DNA from: Fimbriosthenelais zetlandica
Taxonomy: Eukaryota
Direction of reading: 5' to 3'
Assembly (NCBI GenBank): GCA_977030845.1
Contig: OZ365110.1
Span: forward strand, 53,010,001 to 53,074,000
Length of the DNA stretch: 64,000 nt
Shown here piece after piece: positions 12,601 through 24,800 of the stretch. A model generated the notes under the pieces. The model was not told the DNA's origin. It saw only the letters and a list, made by a program, of their open reading frames with translations, and made no database searches. The translations under genes and the position numbers were made by a program. Positions within the stretch are counted from its first letter, which is position 1; each line of letters opens with the position of its first letter.

Positions 12601-14254
12601 TTACATAGGCCTAAATAGTCAGGATAAAGACACCTCCCCCCCCCCCCCGCCCCAAATCCCATTTTCCAATTTTTTACCCACCAAATCCCGAAAAGAAATT
12701 TTACACCAAATCGCAACCCCCATTCCCAATAGGCCTACGATTTTCCAAGGCACAAAAAATACATCCCAAGGTTGAAGGTTATTGTCGCACACCTGCCCTG
12801 TTTACTGGGCCTAGCCTAGTTAGGCCTAAGCCACGGTAAGTGAGTCCTAGGGCCAGGCTATTTACAGTGGAACCTCGCTATCCGGCCACCTCACTTTACC
12901 GGCCACCTCGCTATGTGGCCAGAAAAAGCCCAGTCCCGAATTTGTTCCCTCTATATCATGTTTAATTCTTATTCAATAAAACGGCCACTCACTAAACCGG
13001 CCACCTCGCGTTATGGCCGGCATTTCATGGACAAACAAAGGATTTACATCTCACTAAACCGGCCATTGTGACCAGAGGGGCAGACATTTCTTTGATGATG
13101 TAACAGCACGGCGCGACTGGGGGGCCGACGCCGAGTCTGAGGGGCGGATTAAATCATTAAAACTACATGTAGATAGCCCTGAATACACACATTCACCCCC
13201 TACCCCTTACCAGCAGGCATGATCATAGCCTCATTAATGGTTTTCAAAACGACCTTTAATTCAGGCACTTTGCTGATGAAATCAAAGAAATGTTCTCATA
13301 ATTTATTTAGCCATTTCACATTAAATCATCGAATCTAAACAAAGTTAAACGTAGCTTGACTCATGTCTTCTGCGTGGGTAAATTTGAGTGAATGTTCTGT
13401 ATGTGATGTTTTATTTTAAATTTTGCCTTGATCAGCACGATTAACAAAAATGTAGCCTATTCACAACTTAGGCCAATTTATGGGACAAATCGTGGCTGTC
13501 AGTAGGGGAAACCACCACAAACGGGCGGGTGATGAAGCCCTACCAGGTCTATCAGTGGGAGAAACCACCAAAAAAGCACATTTTATTTATTTATAGAATA
13601 TAAATTGTTGGTTTCCTTTAAACAAGACCTGATCGTCCCTATTTTATTATGAAAAGAGATTAGTATACCGGTAGTGTAAACATTGCGCATTTGGTGGTCA
13701 GCAATCTAATGACCAATATGGTTGTGTATTGGGGAACTGTACCTCACCAAACCGGCCACCTCGCTATCCGGCCAGAAAAGGCTCAGTCCCAATGGTGGCC
13801 GGATTAGTGAGGTTCCACTGTAATATGCTGCGTAAATGGACGCCAAAGGTTAGGCCTACCGAGTAGGCCTATAAAGCCTATATGTATATTTTTCTACAAT
13901 CATAGTAGTAGGCCTTCCTAACATGACATAACGGTATGCCTAGGCCTACATAAAATTTATGCGATAGGCCTAGGCCTAAAAGTAAAACAAAATCGAAAAG
14001 GAGAACGTGATGTATGATATAACCTTACCTAGGGTAGCCGAAAATCCAATCAGGGCCAACCATCTTGAGGAGTGTCCATCTCGCCTTCCTTTGTGGTGGT
14101 TTTCTTGATGATATTTATCATTCGCGAGATCGGCAGCACTGGAAATTTGGCGAGCTAGGTGCACAGGTCTTTGAGTTCTAATAGGATGTCTTATGAAAAC
14201 GGAATATAATTCAGCTTTGTTGCAAAAACGGATAAACCTGGCCAGTTGAGCCAT
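9648..14254 (-). CDS. SUOX: Sulfite oxidase, mitochondrial (572 aa, 2 coding exons)
   Basis: Exon 1 14254-14029 (basic leader plus hydrophobic LALIGFSATLG, phase-1 donor G|GTAAGG) joins exon 2 11140-9648 (acceptor ttttctag) in frame, 1719 nt. Cytochrome b5 domain (HPGG), Moco domain with QCAGNRR, HGYPARII and ARQVKWL, and C-terminal dimerisation domain (WNLRG). Confidence 0.96.
12865..13820. mobile_element. Tc1/mariner (pogo/Tigger-like) MITE in SUOX intron 1
   Basis: TA|CAGTGGAACCTCGCTATCCGGCCACC ... GGTGGCCGGATTAGTGAGGTTCCACTG|TA. About 26-bp imperfect TIRs, TA TSD, internal reiterated ACCGGCCACCTC motifs, no ORF. Confidence 0.85.
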
Positions 14255-14370
14255 GTTGATGGTCAGAATGGTTCAACCTCTGATGGTTCGATAAACGACC
14301 GGAAGTAGAAGCGGCGTCTCTTCATTGGATGAAAAGGACGCCGCCCAAAAGAGGATTTATGGCGCGTCAA
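14255..14370 (-). promoter_or_regulatory. SUOX promoter region
   Basis: ETS/GABP-like CCGGAAGT at 14299-14306 and a CpG cluster immediately upstream of the SUOX ATG. Confidence 0.45.
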
Positions 14371-15839
14371 ATGTCTACAAAAAGTTGATTTTTGAAGTTT
14401 TCAATAATAGATTTATGCATTTTCTTTTTAGGAGCCTTTTACCGTAGGCATATTTCGTTAAATTTGTACACGTTGAGATCTTGGCTACTTAGGCATAGGT
14501 ATTTATGATCATTTATAACCCAAATTTACTTCCGATACCCGGTAGGCCGACCGGCAGCCTAGATATACGGGTAGGCCTAGATAAATGGTTACCGGTACAT
14601 TTTGATTGATTTAAGCAGTTACCACATACTGGACTGATATATTGATGCTTTGGTAGTAAGGTACTACATCTACCTGCTGTTGCATATATATGCTGGAGAA
14701 TAAAGAAGAATTCTTAATAGGCTTTAGTGCGGGCAAATCAATCATTCCCAATTAAATACGGTACTATACTTTCACAAGGCCAGGTTAAAAACAAGAAAGT
14801 AGTATACAAGTTACACGTTTTCCACGTATATTTTATTTACAGAGATGATAAAAATGCATTTGATTCTGAAATTATTGGATGAAGTAGTTAATAAGGTAGT
14901 GGACCTGGTAAAAGATAAAATGATTTTAAAGATGGGTCCAGTAGAAGCTTTGATGCCAACCAATACAGAGTAACTATCTATGATGGCTATGAAACACACC
15001 AGTAGGGTTACGATAAGCCTTCTGTTAACATTCAAGTAAAATTAATTACCAACATTTGTAATTTACAAAAGACATGGAAATCGTTGGTAATAAATTATAT
15101 ACAATTTTTGCTGAACAGATCGAACGTTTGTTACATGTCATAAGTTATAAAATCAAAAATTTATCTTACAAATACTTAACTGTGTTTATTGACATACCGG
15201 TATTTATAATGGACTGTATTTTTATAGGATAAGTAAACTGTAGGCCCTATTTTCCTTATTTTTTTGTTAACAAATTTGATTATCAGACGAGACATGTGAC
15301 AACTTAAAGTTGTTTTTCATCAGCCTTAGCAAACCTGGAGTTCCCGCATGAAAGGTCAATTTCAAAAGGCAACTTTTACGTCAGTTACACAGGGAGTTTT
15401 TTTTTACATGCTAAGTTACACAAACGTCAGAGGGTCATAAATAGTCACTTATCAACTGAATGAGCCCGGATCCAAGCTCTTCACTCAAAAGAGAACATAA
15501 TTTCCACATACAATGTGGCATTTTTTTAAAAAAAAAGTAGGCAGTGACAGATTAAACACCATGATCAAATGGGGCATGTTCACACCACCTCAGATCAACT
15601 GACAGATTACTGTAGGTTAAGATGACGAATGAAATGAACTTTTATATGAAAAATGAATGAGATGATTATGAAATTATGTAATGGTGCGGTCTATTAGAAA
15701 GTCAATACATTGGATATTATTAACATTGAAATATGGCCACTAGTTCTATTAAAATACTTCATAAGATTTGTGTTTAGAGATCCAATTTAAATAAGAAGAT
15801 GAAGACGAAAGGTGTTATTTGAGGTAAAATAAAAAGAAA

Positions 15840-18800
15840 TCATCCTGAAAGATCATTGGCCTCGTACATATCTTGGTCATATCGTTGTGCAGAGACGATC
15901 CGGCCTCCGAAGTATCTACCATTCAAGGCAGCAACCCCCTTATCCATCTCTGGAAAACACAATAAATTGATGTTAGTTTCATGTTTCGATTTTTTTTTTT
16001 TTTTTTTGTTTAGTTAGAATTTTTATAGAGCCTGTTATGGGTGAATACCAGCTCACACTCTTGATTACTATTCTCTAGGTAATCAGATCTATTGTTTCTA
16101 AAACTAAACCCTCACCTGCTTGTTGGGCGAATTCGACAAATATTTTGACTAAGACTTCAGCATCGGCCTCCTCTCCTTGTTTCTCCTGGTAAATGATTAC
16201 TCGGTTAACCGCACCAAACTTGGCACACTCTTCTGTGATCTCCTGTTCCAGCTCTTCATCCAAATCCTCTGGCCCAACCATGTTCCTGTACAAATAGACA
16301 TAGGCTATATGTAAAATACACTACAATATCTTTTTTGTTTTTTACAATCCCATAGATATTTTCGGTATGTAAAGGGATTAGAATGCAATTTAGGAAGACG
16401 TTTTTGACTCACAATTAGGTCCCGACACAAAAAACAGGATTTTTTTCATGCAATTTCAGTCTTCGCCAAAAGCACTAGCCCGAAGCCCGGATACTAGTAA
16501 ATTTTGTCGGGCTAGTGAAGAAAGAGAGAGAAGAAAAAATGTACCAACCGTAAAACCATTACTCTGCTTTCCGACCGCCTCATGAGTTTCTGCATGACCA
16601 TGTGTCTGGCATTACTACCCGAGATCTTCATGTTTTCCTGTTGGTCTAATGTCTGTGCCGGATCGTCCTCTACTAGTTTCTTTTGGGCCTCTGTTAAGTC
16701 TCCAGGTTGTTGTGAGTTAATGGATGAGGAGGGAGCGATGACCGAGGAGGGCATGGACATGGGCATGGGCATCAAGTCCGATATACTCATAGGTATGGCT
16801 GTAACCAAAATAATATACATTATTTTAATTTGTATTAGAATTTAGGAATTATTCCAATATAAATTATCCCTATAATTGACACTTGGGGAATTAAGAACAA
16901 AATGATAAGAAATTCCCAGGATGAGTTATTACAAATTTACTGCAGATGATATTTATGACAGGTTATTATGTATTTCAATATTAATATCTCACTACATTCA
17001 CAATATTATAATTCTAGTTTAAAAAATGCATTGTACATATGGAAGACCGACCAATTTTGTGCCGAATATGTGCAATAAAAATCTTCAAACTCAAACTCAT
17101 ATTAAGCTTCTTTTTTCCAGTTTAAAAGCAGTTTTTAAAGAAAGATTTTACTTACACATGGGAGTCGAGGCTGTAGAGGTTGTAACAGTCATGGGGCCAA
17201 CACCCATGGACGAGACAGGAGCTAGCTGTGGTAGAGTAGTCACCACACCAGGGGCAGGAATGTGAGTGGCTAATGTGGGAGGAGCTATTGGGGCAGTCAC
17301 TGCTATGGCTGACGCTAGTGACTGACTTAGCTCTGCCATAGTAGAAGGTGGTATTACCATGCCAGGTATACCTACTGTGCTGGAGGCGGCTGGAGCGGTA
17401 GGAATAGCGGTACCACCCAGCTGGGGTATGGCAAGTCCGGGAGGTGCTAAACCCTGAAAATATATCAATCATTTAACATTAAAGACCATCAGTAATGTAG
17501 GAGAGTACCTTTGTGAGTCAAATCTAAAACCCATAATTAATAATGGACTATTTGAATGATAAATGAGAGTTTTCTACTAAAGTATCGTCCTTGTTTTTAG
17601 AGTTCAAGATTAAAGTTTCTATGGAGGTAAATTCGCAGATAACAGTATAGTTTCTTACAGCATCCATGGCTGTGATCTTGGCTGTGACGGCGGCTGCAGC
17701 CACGGCGGCTGCTGTGGGCATGCTACTTGGACATGTCGGGGCCTGGGCTGCATTGGGAGGCGTGACGGCCTGAAGGGAGAAAGGAAGAAGTTCATTAACA
17801 TCAGAAAATATCATCTTAAAATGTACATTTTTATTACTTATATATTAATAATATATAAGACTTCAGTAAATAATTTAATATACATTTTAATATAAATTTT
17901 ATATATATCAAAGCCTCGTTCCTAAGAAATTTACGAATTCGATTTTAATTGGACAGAAATTTTTAAATAGATTTGAAATAAAGACTTACTTTTCCTACTC
18001 TGAGATACTGGCCACCCAGGTCGAACAGATTCATGGAGGACACGGCGTCCTGGGAAGCCTGAGATGTGTCGTACTCTATAAAGCCATATCCTCTGTAAAA
18101 AAAAAAATCACAGATTTCAGTGGATGTACCTAACACAACTGTGAAAGGATCTAAAATTCAACATTTTGTTATTTTTTTTACTTAGGATGTTGCAGCGAGT
18201 TTAAGGGTCATAGGCTCACGGGGCACAATGTATGAGGCTAGCCCATGGTATTCTTCCTATTGCTGTTTTTCTAGGTGCTTACTAAAGGGGACTTGCAGAG
18301 TGGATTAGTAGACTAGACATAAATTAAAGCAAAGGGTTATTATTCTGGTTGAACGTCCACAAATATATAAATATAGAGGCACCAAGTTACTCACTTGTGT
18401 TTTCCAGGCTTGGTAGGATCAGCTGATAATTGACAAGTTATGATTTTCCCAAATGCTTCGAACACACTGAAATAAAGCAGATTAAAAATCAATATAGGAA
18501 CAAGTCAGCAGAGAAAGTATTACTCTATTATGGCTCTATAAAAAATTTAAAACAAGTGCAAGTCGTACTATACAATGTATAGTAATTTCGTTTCTCATTT
18601 AAAAAAAAGGTAGATGTAGAATCTAATTTAATTTCCTTGATTTTCAAATTAAATTTCAGGTAGATCTAGACCGGTAGCGGGTAGGCCTACTTCTAGGCTA
18701 GAGAATTAGACTTGTCGAAAACAGCCTAGTATTAAAATAAACAAAATATGGTACAGGTACTTGTAAATTAACTCAGATTATTTCAATTACCAGTAAATAT

Positions 18801-21800
18801 TTTCTTAATAATAATGTATAGATTCTACCCTGCAATATGAAGCGACCTTGCAACGAAATAGATCTACAATTCAGATGGAAGTGCTCAAAATCTTGATAAT
18901 GTAACTCAAAACACGTTCATTTTAGGATTCCGATCCGTGTCTACCCATGGCATATCAGACTTAAGCCGGGCATCCACCTTTCCGATTTTTGTCGGATCCG
19001 ATTTTGATATTTCCCAAAAAAATCGTACAACAATCTGATCCGATTTGGAACCGATTTTGAGGATCCGATTTCATTTCCACAGTACCGATTTTTCTGGTAG
19101 GATTTTTGATCGGTTCTGGGCAAAATCGGATCCGATCTTATTTCCATATGTCGGATTTGATCGGATCCGATTTTCTACATGGCTGCAAGTCGGTATCAGA
19201 TCATGAAAATCTGATCCGATCTTATTTCCATATGTCCGATTTGATCTGATCGTATCCGAAAATCGGTAGGGGTACCGATTGGGACGAACCAGACCGTCCC
19301 AGTCGGTAGTACATACCGATTTTGATCCGATTTAAAATCGGTATCAGATTGTTATTTCCACCTTTCAGACTCAATTTTCAAACGGATCAGATTTCAAAAA
19401 AAATCTGATCCGATCAATTTTGACCCGATAATCGGATAGGTGGAATCCAGATTGTTGTACGATTTTTTTGGGAAATATCAAAATCGGATCCGACAAAAAT
19501 CGGAAAGGTGGATGCCCGGCTTAAGTTACCGGTACACATAGCAGCCTGATAGTGATAGTAGCCTACTGATACAACACACCCGAGATGGAGTATTCATTCG
19601 CATTGATTGTATAGAGGGTTCCCAGGGACACTTATCGGCCCCGCCCCCTTATGGCGCTCAGCCAATCACGTAGCGTCGTGTCATGATTGACAGCGTCGCC
19701 ATAACGACGACGTCAGCGGACCTCGGTCAAACAACTTGACGCTCGGTCAACGACATCGACGATATCGGCGATGAGCGTTACTTTTCTTTACCTTTGGACA
19801 GCTGACCGGTATAAATAAAGATGGTTAAGAGATGTGCTTATGGGAGGTGCAACTCCGACACCCGTTATCCCGAAAGGGTAGCGGGTGTGGGATTTTTCCC
19901 ATTCCCTAAACCCAAAACGAAGCTGGAGCAATGCTTATCGTGGATCAAGACCTGTGGACGACCACACAGCGACTTGAACATAGGCCTTGTAAATAAGGAC
20001 ACCTACGTATGCTCAAAGGTAAGCATCCGCATTAATTAATAGAAATATTGGCAATGGACAATATTAGCATCCAAAAAGTGAGGCCTATACAATCTTTGTC
20101 ATAGATATCTCATGCTATGGTATGGGTTGTTAAGACCTTGATAACTCGTAGTTACCAGGCACGGTTGGTTGGGCATTTTGAAACAATGTTGCAAAATGTG
20201 ACACCCATGAAATGCAGGGCCCTCCCTCAGTTAGGATCAGTTAGGCCTAAGATCGCCTAACGGATTGCCGGTATTTATAATGGAATGTTTAATTTAAGAC
20301 TTTATAGTTCCGTATGGTGATCGAGAAAAGTAAATATTTTGTCTTTGAATCGCCTTATGAACTATTTGAGCATTCAAATTAGCTGTACCTACCGCTACTG
20401 AAACTAACTTCTAACTAGCCTAGTTACTAGGGATTCTTGGGAGTGCCCTGAAAATGTGACCTAAATCATCAATGTGAGGCTCCACAGCCTTCACATGGCT
20501 TTAGCCTCTAGACTAGAGCCTGAGTAGAGGCCTACAACTGCCTGCTTGTGCATCTCAGAAAGTGCTTTTCCCCAAACACAGGTAGGGCTAGATAGTCATA
20601 TTGTCCTTTTTCCAAATCACAGTACCGGTACACACTAGCTGTGAAGATCATAACCACTATACTACTACTAGACTAGTTTTGTTACTTTGTAGGCCTAAAG
20701 CTCTGGATAATTTTATCTCTAAGTTAACTCTAACCGCTGACGAGCCTAAACAAAATATCATAAGCCTACCAAAATCTACTCTTACAACACATAAGTTTCA
20801 GAGAAACAAATTGTCTACCGTACATTATATTACTCTCGTACTTGTCCTACTACTAGTGTAGTCTTAGTTAAGAGATGGAATCTAGGCCTAGACTACAGCC
20901 CTATACTTTGGATTTTTTTACTATGTATTCGTTCTGCGTGGGGCGATATTACCGGTATTTAATATTTACATTAACTTTATTAGCTTATTTTGATACATTT
21001 ATTTATTATTGGGGAATATGGTACGTTTCATAAATGAAAACAAAATACAATAAACACTAACAATCATAGTATTGGCAATTGCTCATTGTTTATATATATT
21101 TTTATTATACATTCCGAATCATGAGCTAAAATGGACATACGAGTGATTAATATTAACCCACAATTTTTATATAATTTTATCTTAAATATCAAATATATAC
21201 ACACGTTCACAATCAAATATAATATACATTCCAGCACTTCCTGCAGGGACGCCCTACCCAGGAATACCCAGATCCAATACCAGCTGATGGAGCTGAAGTT
21301 AGGCGCACAAGGCGACATATAAAAAGAAGTATTAGTGCTGGGTAGGTTTGCCTCTAGACATGAATTTAAAATTCTCTTAATCATACATCTCATACTTCAT
21401 AGTGAACAGGCTTTATTCACCACATATTCTTATACTAGGACACAATAAACTTTCAGAATTGATGAACAGGAAGGAAAGAGGAGGAAAGATTTAGAGGGAC
21501 AACCAGAAAGAACAGCACTGCCACATTCAGAACAGTCAGGTGGGAAATCATTTTCTGTGATAACAAATATTCAGAAACACGTTTAAACTTCTTTCGCAAA
21601 AATGAAGATATTCATATTCAAGAAATTTACTTCTGTAAAGGTAATATTAGAATAGTAACAGTAAATTACTACCTGTCTGAATAATAACGCTATGTGGGCT
21701 TAAATACATAGGCCCTATAATAAGCTATATTGATCTATATAGACTTACAGTCACTATGTTTTGCTATCAATATGTATGGATCTATCTTATTCATGACATG

Positions 21801-24800
21801 CATTTCCAAGGACGGATAATGACTGAAAAACAATTTATGATGAATGTGCCTCTAAGAAGGGTACAGCATGCTCAACATAAAATTTGTACAAGACATCAAG
21901 CATCATTTGCATGGTGGTTTTATCAGGCAGGATACGCTCAATGTGGAGCCCTTTCCTTGTATACACAATGAAATCGCAAAAGGGTGCCCCAGTGACTAGG
22001 AGTTGACCCTGAACTTGGTAATAATACGTGTGATTTTCAGGCAGCTTGATAAGATCATTTTCATTTCTGAGACAAAAGTTTTTGAGTGACTGGACTGCCT
22101 CCTCAATGGTCAGGTCTCTTGCAGTATATGGTGCCTTTATTTCAATGATGCCTGTCAACCCCTCATCACAAACTTTACCATCAGGTGTAGCCCCCAAAAA
22201 ACTTATAGATGGATTTACTACCAGACCACACCCATGTACATGTACATTCTTCCTCCTCTCACAGTACACCCCTTTAGCTACACACTCCTGGTTTTTACCA
22301 TACGACATGGCTGGCGTCTGTACTGAACGACCAGCAAATAATGATGACAAAAACTTATCGTTTACTGCTTTTTTCCTCTTTATGATGTCGCCAAACCGGG
22401 ACGCAGTTACTCTTCTCCTCCTTTCCTCATGCCACTCAGGCGAGTCGCTCTGACACACCGTCCTCTGCTCCAGTGCTTCGGACTGAGCTTGGGTGATGGT
22501 GACATGTGTAGGACAGGTGGTAGCTAACTGGGGAGGGATATCCACCGGGACCTGGAGTGGGAATCTGGTGACACCACACCTGACGTCTGGGCACGGGTTA
22601 GGACGGTTGAAGAGTGGAAGCTAAAAAAAACAGAAATATTTGTTCTTAACAAATTTGACAACAATTTTTAAATATTTATTATAATTATTATTATGCAGGT
22701 CTTGAGATATTATCTCAGGTGTGTCAGGAGCAACAAGACCACAGTCTCCATCTTCTGGAAACCGCCATTGAAATAAGACAGACACAAGGTGAGAACGACA
22801 TATTGAGGGAAAAACTTGCAAAGAATGAAATAATAGTATCTCAGATGAAGGCCTCTCAGATGAAGGTTGAAAATGATCTCAAAAAACAAGTAGCGGCATT
22901 GGAGCTCAAAAACATCGCCCTCCAGAGAGATATAGCTGAAGCTACAAGACCTCAGCCTGATTCACCTCAGCTAAGTAGTTGCAACCAATGTAAATTATTT
23001 AGCCCTTCCACAGTTGTTACATGTAAGGTCAAAGATTCTCTTGTGTTTTACACTGGGTTTGATTTGCCTACTTTCAAGATTTTATTTAAATTCCTTGTCC
23101 CTCATGAAGGCAAAAACCCCGTGTTGTATTCAGAAAATAAGGCTTCTTCTTTAGACATGTGTTTGGAGTGCCAATTGTTTCTAGTACTTTGTCGTTTAAG
23201 GAAAGGTTTTTTGTTGAAGGATTTGGCTATCCGCTTCAACATCAGTGTTCAGGTAGTTAGTGTAGTGTTTAATAGCTGGATTAGGTACATGTATGTCAGA
23301 CTTGGCTCTCTATCCTGGTGGCCGAGTCGAGAGGTCATAATAGAAAAGATGACTGCCAGGTACAGGGAGGAGTTCCCGACATCTCTTGCTATCATTGATT
23401 GCACTGAGATCAAAACAGAAAAACCATCATCCCTAAAGACCCAGTCACAGTGTTATTCTGAATATAAATCCAGCCCAACTCTGAAGGCCCTAATTGTAAC
23501 GGACCCCAGGGGATCACTGATGTTCACGACCGCATTATTTTCTGGGTCCATTTCTGATAAGGAAATATGTGTGCAAGGTTGTTTTTTCCAGCTCCTAAAA
23601 GAACTTAAAGAAAGTGGCAAAATACAGTCGGGAGATGCCATCATGGCCGACAAAGGTTTTCTTATTGAAGAGAAATTAGGAGAATTGGGTTTACTACTAA
23701 ACATACCACCTCTGTCATCCAAATCACGTCAAATGCCACCAGGTGATGTAGCCTTGACAAAGAAAATAGCTAGTCACAGAATAACTGTGGAAAGAGCCAT
23801 CAAGAGGATTAAGGATTTTAGGATCCTGGACAGACGGATTCCATCCTCTCTTTTCCACAATATAAATGAAATATGGCTTGTATGCACATATTTAACATCT
23901 TTCCAAAATATCCTGATCAAAGAAGACACAGTGCGCTAAATTAAATTAGATTAAAACATAGAACTTGAACCAACGAATTCTCATGATAGATATACCAATC
24001 TAATACATGTATATTTTTCAGGTAAGAAACGGTGGATGTAACTCTTTCAAGGCAAGTCATTCAGAATGTATATCACTGTATGTGTAGAATAACATGATTA
24101 TAACATATTCATATAACCCGTTTTCATTTTACCAGCCGATTTTTACTGGTGCGAGTGACATGAACTGCTCTGTCATTTTCACATAACTCATTATGTACTA
24201 AAAATATCCAAGGGGAAATCCGATAATATGATTAGATACCATATTTATAGATCTATATTTATGAGAGATTATATAGATATTTATTACGTTGGGCTATATA
24301 TATATATTCAAAATTAGGATTTCCCTTTGAATTTCAGTGTATTCATACCTGTGTCATAACCATGTTTGGCGTCTCGTCTTCTAACAAGTTTGTTTGTGGC
24401 TTGGTTAATTGTATCTCTATAAATAATTTCTGTGACTAATCAGCTTACCCAACTCAATTTTAACCAGTATTCAGTAACTGTTAGGGGGCAACCATTATGT
24501 GATTATGTTCATAAACTGATATAAGTATATAGTGTGAGGAGGACGCACTATCGCCTCGTCCCACTAGGTGAGAGCTCAGTGCCTGCCGGTCGCATTATCT
24601 GACCTGACCAGTCACGGTCACTCCACCTCTCACACCACACCTGTCACTTGTATTTTTTTTTATTCATGCAGGGGGGGGGGGGGGGGGGGGGGGTAAATAT
24701 GGCATGGATAAGGAATGATTATCTCGCGTCCTATTTGGGAATTTTAATTGCACCCCTATTTTCTGTGATTGATATCTGACGTATATATGTAATTTAATGT

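Noticed and set aside
18941-19520. CRISPR-like or coding interpretation of the ATCGG/CCGAT-rich block (ORF 18941-19147)
   Set aside because: No constant repeat with unique spacers and no cas genes. It is bounded by 73-bp TIRs and TTAA, so it is a MITE.
21835-23939. Stand-alone ORFs starting at GTG 22545 and GTG 22719 (prokaryote-like IS/phage recombinase pair)
   Set aside because: Both are terminal exons with canonical acceptors and upstream in-frame exons.
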